DNA of 64,000 bases from an uncultured delta proteobacterium (GTDB taxonomy: Bacteria > Myxococcota_A > Polyangia > Polyangiales > Polyangiaceae): assembly GCA_963782055.1 (NCBI GenBank), contig CAWAIF010000003.1:4960001-5024000 (forward strand), written 5' to 3'. The position numbers and the translations under genes are program-made. This document shows positions 21,101 to 30,177 of the stretch, piece after piece (position 1 is the first letter of the stretch; every line of letters starts with the position of its first letter). The notes under the pieces were generated by a model. It was not told where the DNA came from and made no database searches. It saw nothing but the letters and a program-made list of their open reading frames with translations.

Positions 21101-22591
21101 TCAGCGGAGGGCGGCCGCGCTCGGGGGGAAGTCCAGCGTCGCCTGCAGGTAGACGTAGTGCGAGAAATCCGGCGCCGCGAGGGCGCCGGAGGCGTCGACC
21201 GTCCCGCGCTGGCGCGCCAGGAGCACCGCCTTCGCACCGTCGCCGAGGAGCATGCCGGCGTAGCCCGCGGCGAGCGTCAACGCCGGCCAGGGCCGCCAGG
21301 ACGCGGTCACGTCCAGCTCGTGGCCGAGGTCCAGGCTGCCCGTCCCCGCCGGCAGCGAGCCGACGGTGAAGAGGTAGCCGTCCAGCCAGTCCCCCGTGTG
21401 CGTGGCGAGCCGGGTGTAGTGGTACTCCAGCGCCACGTGCACGTCCGGCGTGGGGGCGATGCGCACCGCCGCGTGGCCATCGATGACGTTGGAGAGCGCC
21501 GTCGCGTCGAGCAGGCCGTAATGGGTGGCCACGTCGGGGTAGAGCGGGTCGAACTGTGCGTAGGTGCCGCCCTCCTGACCACCGCTGGCGAAGGCGCCGC
21601 CGACGCGCACCGAGGGCATGAGGGCCACGCCGCTGAAGGTGTGCGAGGCGTCCCCGGCGAAGGCGTAGGCGAGGCGATCCAGCGACGCGCCGCCCACCGT
21701 CACCGATCCGAGCTGCGCGGCGCCCGTCACGCCGTACTTCCACCCGCGGTGGTCCCCCGCCACGCGCGCCCCGACCGTGTACACGTCGTGCTGGCGTGCC
21801 TCCTGGAAGCCCTGGATGAGTCCGGTCCCGGCGGCGCCGGTGCGCGCCAGACCGAAGACCTCGGCGTGAAAGAGGGGGTCGAGGGTGAGGCCGACCATCG
21901 CCCCGTACAGGATTGAGCCGCCGCTCGTGGTGCCGGAGAAGTCGTCGAAGGAGGTGCCGAGCGGCAGCGCTGCGTCGAGCACCGCGCCGAAGGCCTCGAA
22001 GTCCCAGGCTTTGTAGGTGGCGTGGCCGCGCGCGGCGTCGAAGGTCCGCGCGACCGGCGAGAAATCGGCGTTGCCCAGCAGGCGGCCGTCCCCCCAGGTG
22101 ATCGCCTGCCGCCCGAGGCGCAGGTACACGGGGTTGTCCGGCGACGTGGTGTGGATCTCCACGTAGCCCTCGTACAGCCCGGTGGCGCCGCGCGGGACGA
22201 CCGGGTCGGCGGGCAGCACCGCCGTCGGCGCGGAGATGCCGGCGAGGTGTGTGTCCTGCAAGGTCACCTGCGCGGCGAGCGCACCGCGCTCCACGCCCAG
22301 GCCGAGGCGGGTCCGCTCGAAGACATCCCAGGCGTTCTCGGCGTAGGCGCCGCCGCCGCCGGCGTCGACCGGATCGTGCCGCCACTCGCCGCGCGCGCGC
22401 ACCTGCAGCAGCGGGTGGAGGGTGAAGTCGTAGAGCTTCAGCGGGGGCGGGGCGGCCTCCGCCGGCGCGTCGACGTGCTGCTCACCCTCCTTCGGCGCGG
22501 GGGTCGTCTGCGCGCGGGAGGGCACCGACACGGAGAGGCCGCACAGCGCGAAGGCGACGGAGAGTACGGTGCCACGAGGGCGCACGGCCAC
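21101..22591 (-). CDS. Alginate-export family (AlgE-like) outer-membrane beta-barrel
   Basis: Signal peptide; QVRARGEWR, RTRLGL, LRLGRQAITWGDGRLLGNADF...RTFDA, LGHELD, terminal YLQATLDF. Confidence 0.78.
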   Translation of the reverse strand: MAVRPRGTVLSVAFALCGLSVSVPSRAQTTPAPKEGEQHVDAPAEAAPPPLKLYDFTLHPLLQVRARGEWRHDPVDAGGGGAYAENAWDVFERTRLGLGVERGALAAQVTLQDTHLAGISAPTAVLPADPVVPRGATGLYEGYVEIHTTSPDNPVYLRLGRQAITWGDGRLLGNADFSPVARTFDAARGHATYKAWDFEAFGAVLDAALPLGTSFDDFSGTTSGGSILYGAMVGLTLDPLFHAEVFGLARTGAAGTGLIQGFQEARQHDVYTVGARVAGDHRGWKYGVTGAAQLGSVTVGGASLDRLAYAFAGDASHTFSGVALMPSVRVGGAFASGGQEGGTYAQFDPLYPDVATHYGLLDATALSNVIDGHAAVRIAPTPDVHVALEYHYTRLATHTGDWLDGYLFTVGSLPAGTGSLDLGHELDVTASWRPWPALTLAAGYAGMLLGDGAKAVLLARQRGTVDASGALAAPDFSHYVYLQATLDFPPSAAALR

Positions 22592-22621
22592 GACGCTAGC
22601 ACAGGCGCCCGCCCCTGGGCG

Positions 22622-24025
22622 TCACCCTTCCGCAGGCTGCGTCTCCAGGAAGTGACGCGCCCTGGAGAGCAGGGTCTCGCGCTCGTTCAGCGCAGGGTCG
22701 TTGGTGACGTCCTCGAGCAGCGCGGCGAGGATCTTCCCGAGCACCGGGCCCGGCGGCAGGCCGAGCTCCTTCATGAGGTCGTGGCCCCCGATGGCGAGAT
22801 CGCGGGTGTTGAGCGCGGCGCCCCGGGCGATGACCCGGGCCACGTGCTCCTTCAGCGCGGCGAGCGCGGCGAGGTCCGCCTCGAAGTCGCGCCCCTTCGC
22901 GCGCACGTCCGCCTCGTTCAGCGTGTAGAGGTCCTGCACCCGGTCCTTGCCCACGCGCCGGATCCACCGCCGCACCGTCGCGTCGCTCCACTCGGCCGTG
23001 TAGTGGAAGAGGTGGTGGCGCACGAGCAGGACGATCCGCTCGCGCTCCTCGTTGGAGAAGCGCAGCCGCCGGCAGATGGGATCCGCCATCTCCGCGCCGA
23101 CGCGATCGTGGTCGTAGAAGGTCCAGTCCCTGGTCTTGTCGCTGAAGGCGCGCGTGCGCGGCTTGCCCACGTCGTGCAGCAGGGCGGCGATGCGCAGGAA
23201 GGCGTCGCCCTGGCAGGCGTCCATGCACTCCATCGCGTGGCGCCAGACGTCGTAGGCGTGCCATTTGTTCTGCTCCATCTCGACGCCCTCGAGCATCTCC
23301 GGGCAGGTGACGCCCAGGATGCCCGTGCGGCGCATCACCTCGAAGGCGCGGGACGGACGCCGCGCCTTCATCGTCTTGACCCACTCGTCGCGCACGCGCT
23401 CCGCCGAGACCTTGCGGTACGTGTCCAGCGTCGGGGCGATGGCGCGCTCGGTGTCGGCGTCCAGCTCCACCTCCAGCGTGGCGACGAAGCGAGCGGCTCG
23501 CAGCACGCGCAGCCCGTCCTCCCGGAAGCGCTCGAGCGGATCGCCCACCGCCCGGAGAAGACGCCGGCCGAGGTCCTTCTGGCCCTCGAAGGGGTCGATG
23601 ACGTGGCCGTCGTTGGGGTCGAGGGCGATGGCGTTGACGGTGAAGTCCCGCCTGGCGAGGTCCGCGACGATGTCCTCGACGAACTCGACGGTGTCCGGCC
23701 GGCGCCCGTCGCTGTAGGCGCCCTCCCCGCGGAGGGTCGTCACCTCGTACGGGTGGTTCTTGAGCAGGACCGTCACCGTGCCGTGCTGGATGCCGGTGGG
23801 AATGACGCGCGGGAAGATGCGCATGACCTCCTCCGGCCGGGCGTCGGTCGCGACGTCCCAGTCGGAGATCTCCTTGCCGAGCAGCAGGTCCCGCACACAC
23901 CCCCCGACCACCCAGCCGCGCTTGCCGTGCTCGGCCAGCCTCTTGCAGAGCGCCCGGACCTCCTCGGGGACTGCGTCGAGCCAGTCGTCCCTGGGGACGG
24001 CGTCCTGAGAACCCGGCCGTGTCAC
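22622..24025 (-). CDS. cca: CCA tRNA nucleotidyltransferase with HD domain
   Basis: VVGGCVRDLLLG..DWDVAT, DLARRDFTVNAIA, FREDGLRVLRAARF, ALLHDVGKP. Confidence 0.9.
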   Translation of the reverse strand: MTRPGSQDAVPRDDWLDAVPEEVRALCKRLAEHGKRGWVVGGCVRDLLLGKEISDWDVATDARPEEVMRIFPRVIPTGIQHGTVTVLLKNHPYEVTTLRGEGAYSDGRRPDTVEFVEDIVADLARRDFTVNAIALDPNDGHVIDPFEGQKDLGRRLLRAVGDPLERFREDGLRVLRAARFVATLEVELDADTERAIAPTLDTYRKVSAERVRDEWVKTMKARRPSRAFEVMRRTGILGVTCPEMLEGVEMEQNKWHAYDVWRHAMECMDACQGDAFLRIAALLHDVGKPRTRAFSDKTRDWTFYDHDRVGAEMADPICRRLRFSNEERERIVLLVRHHLFHYTAEWSDATVRRWIRRVGKDRVQDLYTLNEADVRAKGRDFEADLAALAALKEHVARVIARGAALNTRDLAIGGHDLMKELGLPPGPVLGKILAALLEDVTNDPALNERETLLSRARHFLETQPAEG

Positions 24026-24091
24026 GCCAGCAGCGTACCGGCTTTTTCAGGCACGCGCCGCGCGCATGCAGTACGATTCTTCGGTTACGGC

Positions 24092-25780
24092 ATGGAACCC
24101 GCTTCCCAGCTAGGTCGCTACCGCCTCATCGCCGAGCTCGCGCACGGGGGGATGGGGGACGTGTACCTGGGCGTGGCCCAGGGTCCCGGCGGCTTCAACA
24201 AGCTGATGGTCATCAAGCAGCTGCGCCCGGCGCTGGCCGAGGACGAGCAGTTCCTCGCCATGTTCCTGGAGGAGGCGCGCCTGGCCGCCCGGCTGAACCA
24301 CCCCAACGTGGTGCAGACGGTGGAGGTCGGGTCGGAGGGCCGCGATCACTTCCTGGCGATGGAGTACCTGGAGGGCCAGTCGCTCCAGCGGCTCCGCACC
24401 CGCATCGCCAAGGATCGCCCCTTCCCCCTCGGCCCCCACCTGCGCATCCTCGTCGAGGTGTGCGCCGGCCTGCACTACGCCCACGAGCTGGTGGACATCG
24501 ACAACACGCCGCTCGGCATCGTCCACCGCGACGTCACCCCCCACAACCTCTTCGTCACCTACGAGGGGCGCGTCAAGGTGGTGGACTTCGGCATCGCCAA
24601 GGCGATGGACTCCTCGCTGGAGACGCGCACCGGCGAGCTGAAGGGCAAGATCGCCTACATGCCGCCGGAGCAGGCCTCCGCGCAGCGCGTGGACCGGCGG
24701 GCGGACGTCTTCGCGGTGGGCGTGATGATCTGGGAGGCCGCCGTCGGCCGCCGCCTCTGGAAGGGCATGAACGAGCTGGCGATCATGCACCAGCTGATGA
24801 ACGGGGCGATCCCCTCCCCTCGCTCCGTCGACCCGCGCGTGCCGCCGGAGCTGGACCGCATCTGCCAGAAGGCGATGGCCACGTCACCCGACGACCGCTA
24901 CGCCACGGCGGCGGACCTCTCGGCCGACCTGGAGCGCTTCCTCGTCAGCATCGGCGACCGCACGACGCACCGCGAGATCGCCAAGCTGGTCGGCGACGCC
25001 TTCGAGACCGACCGCAAGGAGATGCGCGAGATCATCGACGCGCAGCTCCGCGGGCTGCGGGCGGAGCCCGGGAGCAGCGGCCCGGTGCCCGTGCCGCGCA
25101 TCGACCTGACCGGCACGCGCACGCCGTCGGTCTCCGGCGTGCCTCGCCCGTCGGCCACGCAGATGGACACCGGCGCGGCGCCCTCCTTCACCGCCGGAGG
25201 TACCGCGGCGAGCACCCAGCCTTCCACGCCTCGCCGCACCTCGCTGGTGATCGGCGCGGTGATGACCGTCGCCGCGGTCGGCCTGCTCGCCGTCGCGGTG
25301 GCGGTGGGCCTGCATCGCTCCTCCGACACGCCCGCCGCGGGGGCCGCGAGCGCGGCGACCTCGACACCTCCGACGACGACCGACACCGACACGACCGCGC
25401 CCCCGCACGTGGACGTCACCTTCACCGCCAACCCCGCGGACGCGAAGCTCACCCTGGACGACGCCCCGCTGGAGGGTAACCCCTTCACCGGCGCCTTCCC
25501 GCGTGACGGGCTCGCGCACCGCGTCCGCGCCGAGGCGAAGGGCTACCTTCCCCGCACCGAGATCGTGGTCTTCGACAAGGACGCCGCGAGCGTCTCCCTC
25601 ACCCTGCCGAAGGCCACCGTCATCGGCGGGCCGATCCCCGGGTGGAAGGGCCCGCACCACGGGGCGCTCGCCAGGACGCCGGCCACCAGCACCAAGCCGG
25701 CGGCGAGCGTCGACCCTCTCGACGCGAACAAGAAGCCGCCGAAGCGCCAGATCGACACCAACCCGTTCGGCAAGCCCTGA
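24092..25780 (+). CDS. Membrane Ser/Thr protein kinase with PEGA-like extracellular domain
   Basis: HGGMGDVY, VIK, HRDVTPHN, DFGIAK, YMPPEQ; TM helix; ANPADAKLTLD. Confidence 0.93.
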   Translation: MEPASQLGRYRLIAELAHGGMGDVYLGVAQGPGGFNKLMVIKQLRPALAEDEQFLAMFLEEARLAARLNHPNVVQTVEVGSEGRDHFLAMEYLEGQSLQRLRTRIAKDRPFPLGPHLRILVEVCAGLHYAHELVDIDNTPLGIVHRDVTPHNLFVTYEGRVKVVDFGIAKAMDSSLETRTGELKGKIAYMPPEQASAQRVDRRADVFAVGVMIWEAAVGRRLWKGMNELAIMHQLMNGAIPSPRSVDPRVPPELDRICQKAMATSPDDRYATAADLSADLERFLVSIGDRTTHREIAKLVGDAFETDRKEMREIIDAQLRGLRAEPGSSGPVPVPRIDLTGTRTPSVSGVPRPSATQMDTGAAPSFTAGGTAASTQPSTPRRTSLVIGAVMTVAAVGLLAVAVAVGLHRSSDTPAAGAASAATSTPPTTTDTDTTAPPHVDVTFTANPADAKLTLDDAPLEGNPFTGAFPRDGLAHRVRAEAKGYLPRTEIVVFDKDAASVSLTLPKATVIGGPIPGWKGPHHGALARTPATSTKPAASVDPLDANKKPPKRQIDTNPFGKP

Positions 25781-25938
25781 GAAGGGGCGGGCGCCCGGGT
25801 GTACGGCTGAGGCGAATCGCGTTACGGTCGAGGTGAGTTCGGGGGCTCGCTGTCACGGGGGGCGTCCGGCCAACGGATCAGGGTGCGGACTCTCGTCACG
25901 ACCGACGAGTACGGGCCCTCTCGCTGCGGAGGCGACCC

Positions 25939-26751
25939 ATGCGCAAGGCTCTCATCCTCTTGGTTCAGGTCCCGCTCATCGCCCTGGTGTACGGAGCGTG
26001 CGGCGGCGACGACAGCGCCACCGACGACGCCGGCGCCGACGCCGCCAGCGACGTGCGCATCGACAAGAAGGCGCCACCCGACACCGGGGTGCAGGACAGC
26101 GGCGGCGCCTGCTCGCCGACGGACAACTCGGGGAGCTTCACGCCCAAGTGGACGCCCCCGCGCCAGCCCAACCCCAGCGCCTGCAGCGACCAGCAGATCG
26201 CCGACTACTTTGCCTTCTGCTACGACCCGAACACCAGCAACACCACCAAGTGCAGCCAGTTCACCAGCCAGTCGCCGAACAAGGCGTGCGTCTCGTGCAT
26301 CAGCTCCAAGCAGACTGACGCCGCCTACGGCGTGCTCATCAGCACCGGCGGCGTGGCCTACGCCAACGTGGCCGGCTGCATCGCGCTGCTCACCGGCGAC
26401 ACCAGCGACACCGGGTGCGGCGCCAAGGAGTGGGCGTCGACCGACTGCGTCGACGACGCCTGCAAGGCCAACTGCCCGGTCACCGACCAGGCGTCCTTCC
26501 AGCTCTACGACCAGTGCACCAAGCAGGCCGGGGCGGCGTCGTGCAAGCAGTACGCGGACGCGCAGTGCGACCTGAGCGATGCCGGGTCGGTCTACGACAT
26601 CTGCGTGAACCACCAGGCCTTCGCCGACTACTACACGGCGATCGCGCCGGTGTTCTGCGGCGGCTACTCGGCGGACGCGGGTCCGCCCGACGGGGGGAGC
26701 GACGCGTCCGGCGACGCGAGCGACGACGCGAGCGACGCGGCCTCCGAATGA
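25939..26751 (+). CDS. Cys-rich lipoprotein
   Basis: Lipobox YGAC after GGAGG; many Cys; acidic DASDDAS tail. Confidence 0.8.
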   Translation: MRKALILLVQVPLIALVYGACGGDDSATDDAGADAASDVRIDKKAPPDTGVQDSGGACSPTDNSGSFTPKWTPPRQPNPSACSDQQIADYFAFCYDPNTSNTTKCSQFTSQSPNKACVSCISSKQTDAAYGVLISTGGVAYANVAGCIALLTGDTSDTGCGAKEWASTDCVDDACKANCPVTDQASFQLYDQCTKQAGAASCKQYADAQCDLSDAGSVYDICVNHQAFADYYTAIAPVFCGGYSADAGPPDGGSDASGDASDDASDAASE

Positions 26752-26780
26752 CCCGATACGCCATGGTGTAGACTCCCCGC

Positions 26781-28271
26781 GTGCACGAAGCCGAACACCT
26801 CGACGTGATCGTCGTCGGCGCCGGGCTCTCCGGCATCGCGGCGGGCTACCACCTGCAGACGCGGTGCCCCGGCAAGCGGTACGCCATCCTGGAGGGGCGC
26901 GACGCCATCGGCGGCACGTGGGACCTGTTCCGCTATCCGGGCATCCGCTCCGACTCCGACATGTACACGCTCGGGTACTCCTTCCGGCCGTGGAGGGGCG
27001 CCAAGTCCATCGCCGACGGCCCGTCCATCCTCGCGTACATCCGCGACACGGCGCACGAATACGGCATCGACCGCGAGATCCGCTTCGACCACCGCGTCGT
27101 GAAGGCGTCGTGGTCCAGCGAGCAGGCACGCTGGACCGTGGAGGCGAGGCGCGAGGACGGCGCCGTCGCGCGCTTCACCTGCGGCTTCCTCCTCGTGTGC
27201 AGCGGGTACTACGACTACGAGCGCGGCTACACGCCGGACTTCCCCGGCGTCGATCGCTTCGCCGGCCGTCTGGTGCACCCCCAGCACTGGCCCGCGGACC
27301 TCGACTACGAGGGCAAGCGCGTCGTCGTGATCGGCAGCGGCGCGACGGCGGTCACGCTCGTCCCGGAGCTGGCGAAGCGCGCGGCGCACGTCACCATGCT
27401 GCAGCGCTCGCCGACGTACATCCTCTCGCTCCCCGCCGTCGACCCGGCGGCGGCGTGGCTCCGCCGCAAGCTGCCGGAGGGCACCGCCTACGGGGCGACG
27501 CGCTGGAAGAACGTCCTCGTCAGCATGGCGATGTACAACTTCTGCCGCCGCTTCCCCGACCGCGCGAAGAAGCTCCTGGTGGGCGGCGTGAAGAAGAGCC
27601 TCGGCGACGACTTCGACGTCGCCACCCACTTCACCCCGAGCTACGGCCCCTGGGACCAGCGCCTCTGTCTCGTCCCCGACGGCGATCTCTTCGAGGCCAT
27701 CAAGACCGGCCGCGCCGACGTCGTCACCGATCACGTCGAGACCTTCACCGAGACCGGCCTGCGCTTGCGCTCCGGCAGGACGCTCGACGCCGACGTCGTC
27801 GTGACCGCGACCGGCCTGCGCGTGCAGCTCCTCGGCCACATGGAGGTCGACGTCGACGGGCGCCACGTCGACGTGGGCAAGACGCTCACCTACAAGGGCG
27901 CGATGCTCAGCGACGTGCCCAACCTCGCGGTGACGCTCGGCTACACCAACGCGTCGTGGACGCTCAAGTGCGATCTCACCTGCCAGTGGGTGTGCCGCCT
28001 CCTCGGCGAGATGGACCGCGGCGGGTATCGGATGGTGGTGCCCCGGCGGACCGACCCCGACATGCAGGAGGAGCCCGTCATCAACTTCAGCTCCGGCTAC
28101 ATCCGGCGCGCCCTCTCCGAGCTGCCGCGGCAGGGCTCGAAGGTGCCGTGGCGCCTGCACCAGAACTACGCCCTCGACCTGCTGGGCCTGCGCTTCGGCA
28201 GGATGAAGGACGCGGCGCTCCAGCTCACTGGTCGCGGGGGCGGCACGCGCCGCCCCTCCCCGCCCGAGTGA
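26781..28271 (+). CDS. Flavin-containing (Baeyer-Villiger type, EthA/AlmA-like) monooxygenase
   Basis: GAGLSG, GGTWDLFRYPGIRSDSD, FAGRLVHPQHWP, GSGATA. Confidence 0.92.
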   Translation: MHEAEHLDVIVVGAGLSGIAAGYHLQTRCPGKRYAILEGRDAIGGTWDLFRYPGIRSDSDMYTLGYSFRPWRGAKSIADGPSILAYIRDTAHEYGIDREIRFDHRVVKASWSSEQARWTVEARREDGAVARFTCGFLLVCSGYYDYERGYTPDFPGVDRFAGRLVHPQHWPADLDYEGKRVVVIGSGATAVTLVPELAKRAAHVTMLQRSPTYILSLPAVDPAAAWLRRKLPEGTAYGATRWKNVLVSMAMYNFCRRFPDRAKKLLVGGVKKSLGDDFDVATHFTPSYGPWDQRLCLVPDGDLFEAIKTGRADVVTDHVETFTETGLRLRSGRTLDADVVVTATGLRVQLLGHMEVDVDGRHVDVGKTLTYKGAMLSDVPNLAVTLGYTNASWTLKCDLTCQWVCRLLGEMDRGGYRMVVPRRTDPDMQEEPVINFSSGYIRRALSELPRQGSKVPWRLHQNYALDLLGLRFGRMKDAALQLTGRGGGTRRPSPPE

Positions 28272-28293
28272 GTGCCGAGCGGCGGGGGCGCGA

Positions 28294-29163
28294 TCAGCTC
28301 GAGGTGGCCTTCGTCAGCGCCTCCAGGCCGGAGCGCACGTGGACGTCGCGCTGCGGGAAGGGGATCTCGATGCCCGCCGCGCGGAAGCCGGCGTCGATGG
28401 CGAAGCGCAGGCGCGAGGCCGCGCGCAGATCTTCCCGCGGGTTGGGGATCCAGACCAGGAGGGCGAAGTCCAGGCTGGACTCGCCGAAGTCGTCGAAGCG
28501 CACCTCCGGCTCGGGGTGCTGCAGCAGGCCGGTGTCCTCCCGCGCGACCGCGAGCAGCACCTCCTTCACCATCGCGGTGTCCGAGCCGTAGGCCACCCCC
28601 ACCTTCACCGTGATGCGCAGGTTGGTGGTGGGGACCGAGTGGTTGACCACCTGCCCGGTGACGAGCTGGCTGTTGGGCACGATGATGGTGACCTCGTCGC
28701 GGGTGATGACCTTCGTCGCGCGCATGCCGATGTCCACGATCGACCCGAACGTCTGACCGATCTGCACGAAGTCGCCGCGCGCGACGGGCCGCTCGATGAG
28801 GAGGATGAGCCCCGACACGAAGTTCTGCGCGATGGTCTGCAGGCCGAAGCCGATGCCGACGAGAAGCACCGCCGACGCGGCGAGCAGCGCGTCCAGCCGG
28901 ATCCCGAGCGACATGATCGCCACGAGGGTGCCGAGCAGCACGATGACGTAGCGCGCGATCTTCGCCAGGGCGAAGCGCGCGCCGTGCGCCACCTCGTGCC
29001 GCCCGAGCACGCGCATGATGGCGCGGTGGACCACCGCGCCGAGAACGTACGACACGACGACGATGAGCAGCGCCGTGAGGAGCCCGGCGAGGGTGATCGG
29101 GCCGCCGGCCAGGTGGACCAGCGGCTCGTGCACGACGGCATTGATCCGGTCGAAGGTGGGCAT
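28294..29163 (-). CDS. mscS: Small-conductance mechanosensitive channel
   Basis: GIGFGLQTIAQNFVSGLILLIERP..GDFV...IIVPNSQL...GIEIPFPQ. Confidence 0.9.
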   Translation of the reverse strand: MPTFDRINAVVHEPLVHLAGGPITLAGLLTALLIVVVSYVLGAVVHRAIMRVLGRHEVAHGARFALAKIARYVIVLLGTLVAIMSLGIRLDALLAASAVLLVGIGFGLQTIAQNFVSGLILLIERPVARGDFVQIGQTFGSIVDIGMRATKVITRDEVTIIVPNSQLVTGQVVNHSVPTTNLRITVKVGVAYGSDTAMVKEVLLAVAREDTGLLQHPEPEVRFDDFGESSLDFALLVWIPNPREDLRAASRLRFAIDAGFRAAGIEIPFPQRDVHVRSGLEALTKATSS

Positions 29164-29214
29164 GCTCACGTCGGCGCTCGGGAGGGGGACATCTTGGACC
29201 CGGCGCGCGGCGTG

Positions 29215-29720
29215 TCAACGATCCGCAGGCTCCTCGCGGTAATCGATGCGCACGATCTCGACGTCGTCCTGGCCGCCCGGGGTCCGCACGCGGGCCTCCT
29301 CCCCGACGCCCTTGCCGGAGAGGGCCCGCGCGAGCGGCGAGGTGAAGGCGATGGCGCCCCGGGCCGGATCGGCCTCGTCCACGCCGACGATGCGGTAGCG
29401 CCTCTCGGCGCCCGAAGACCCGCGCAGGGTGACCGTCGCGCCGAAGCGCACCTCGTCCTGCGGCTGCTTCGCCGGGTCGACCAGCTCCGCGCCGGCGATG
29501 CGCTCCTCCAGCAGCGCCACGCGCTCGTTGAGCACCGCCAGCGCGCCCGGCTCTCCCGCGGCCTCCGCGCGGGCGCGCTCGGCGGCGAGGCGCGCGTGCT
29601 CCTCGCGCAGGGCGGCGAGGCCGCGCGGCGTGACGTAGTTGGGGACGCCCTGCGGCAGCGGCGCTCGGGGGGGACCACCGCGTCGCCCGCGGCGTCGTCC
29701 TTGGTGAAGGCCTTGCTCAC
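29215..29720 (-). pseudogene. GreA/GreB-family elongation factor with a frameshift in a C7 tract (real or sequencing error)
   Basis: GTG at 29720 gives MSKAFTKDDAAGDAVVPP in one frame; RAPLPQGVPNYVTPRG...VRFGATV...YRIVGVDEAD...SPLARAL continues in another. One extra C at 29667-29673 joins them. Confidence 0.8.
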
Positions 29721-29796
29721 CGGGCGGAGCGTAGCAGCGACGCCCGCCTCGGGGAGGGCGCTGGGACGCAAGGGTGCGGTGTGCGATGCTCGCGGC

Positions 29797-30159
29797 GTGC
29801 CGATCGCCGCCAGCCTGCTCGTTTGCCTCGTCGCCCTCCTTCACGTCTACTTCCTCGTCCTGGAGATGTTCCTCTGGGCGACCCCGTTCGGTCAGCGGAC
29901 CTTCGGCCGCTCGCGCGAGGAGCAGGAGCAGACGAAGTCGCTCGCGCAGAACCAGGGCCTGTACAACGGCTTTCTCGCCGCGGGCCTCGCCTGGTCCTTC
30001 TTCGCGCCCGGCGCGATGGTCTTCCCGCTCCGCGCCTTCTTCCTCGGGTGCGTGCTGGTGGCGGGCGTGGTGGGCGCCGTCACGGCCTCCCCCAAGATCC
30101 TCTTCGTGCAGGCGCTCCCCGCGGCCGTGGCGCTCGCGCTGGTGATCGCCGCGCGCTGA
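29797..30159 (+). CDS. DUF1304 family membrane protein
   Basis: LHVYFLVLEMFLW...AQNQGLYNGFLAAGL...ILFVQALPA. Confidence 0.88.
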   Translation: MPIAASLLVCLVALLHVYFLVLEMFLWATPFGQRTFGRSREEQEQTKSLAQNQGLYNGFLAAGLAWSFFAPGAMVFPLRAFFLGCVLVAGVVGAVTASPKILFVQALPAAVALALVIAAR

Positions 30160-30177
30160 AGGCCGCCAGGCCCCTGG

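Noticed and set aside
21101..22591. Alginate biosynthesis locus
   Set aside because: Only the porin-like gene is present; the family is widespread without alg genes.
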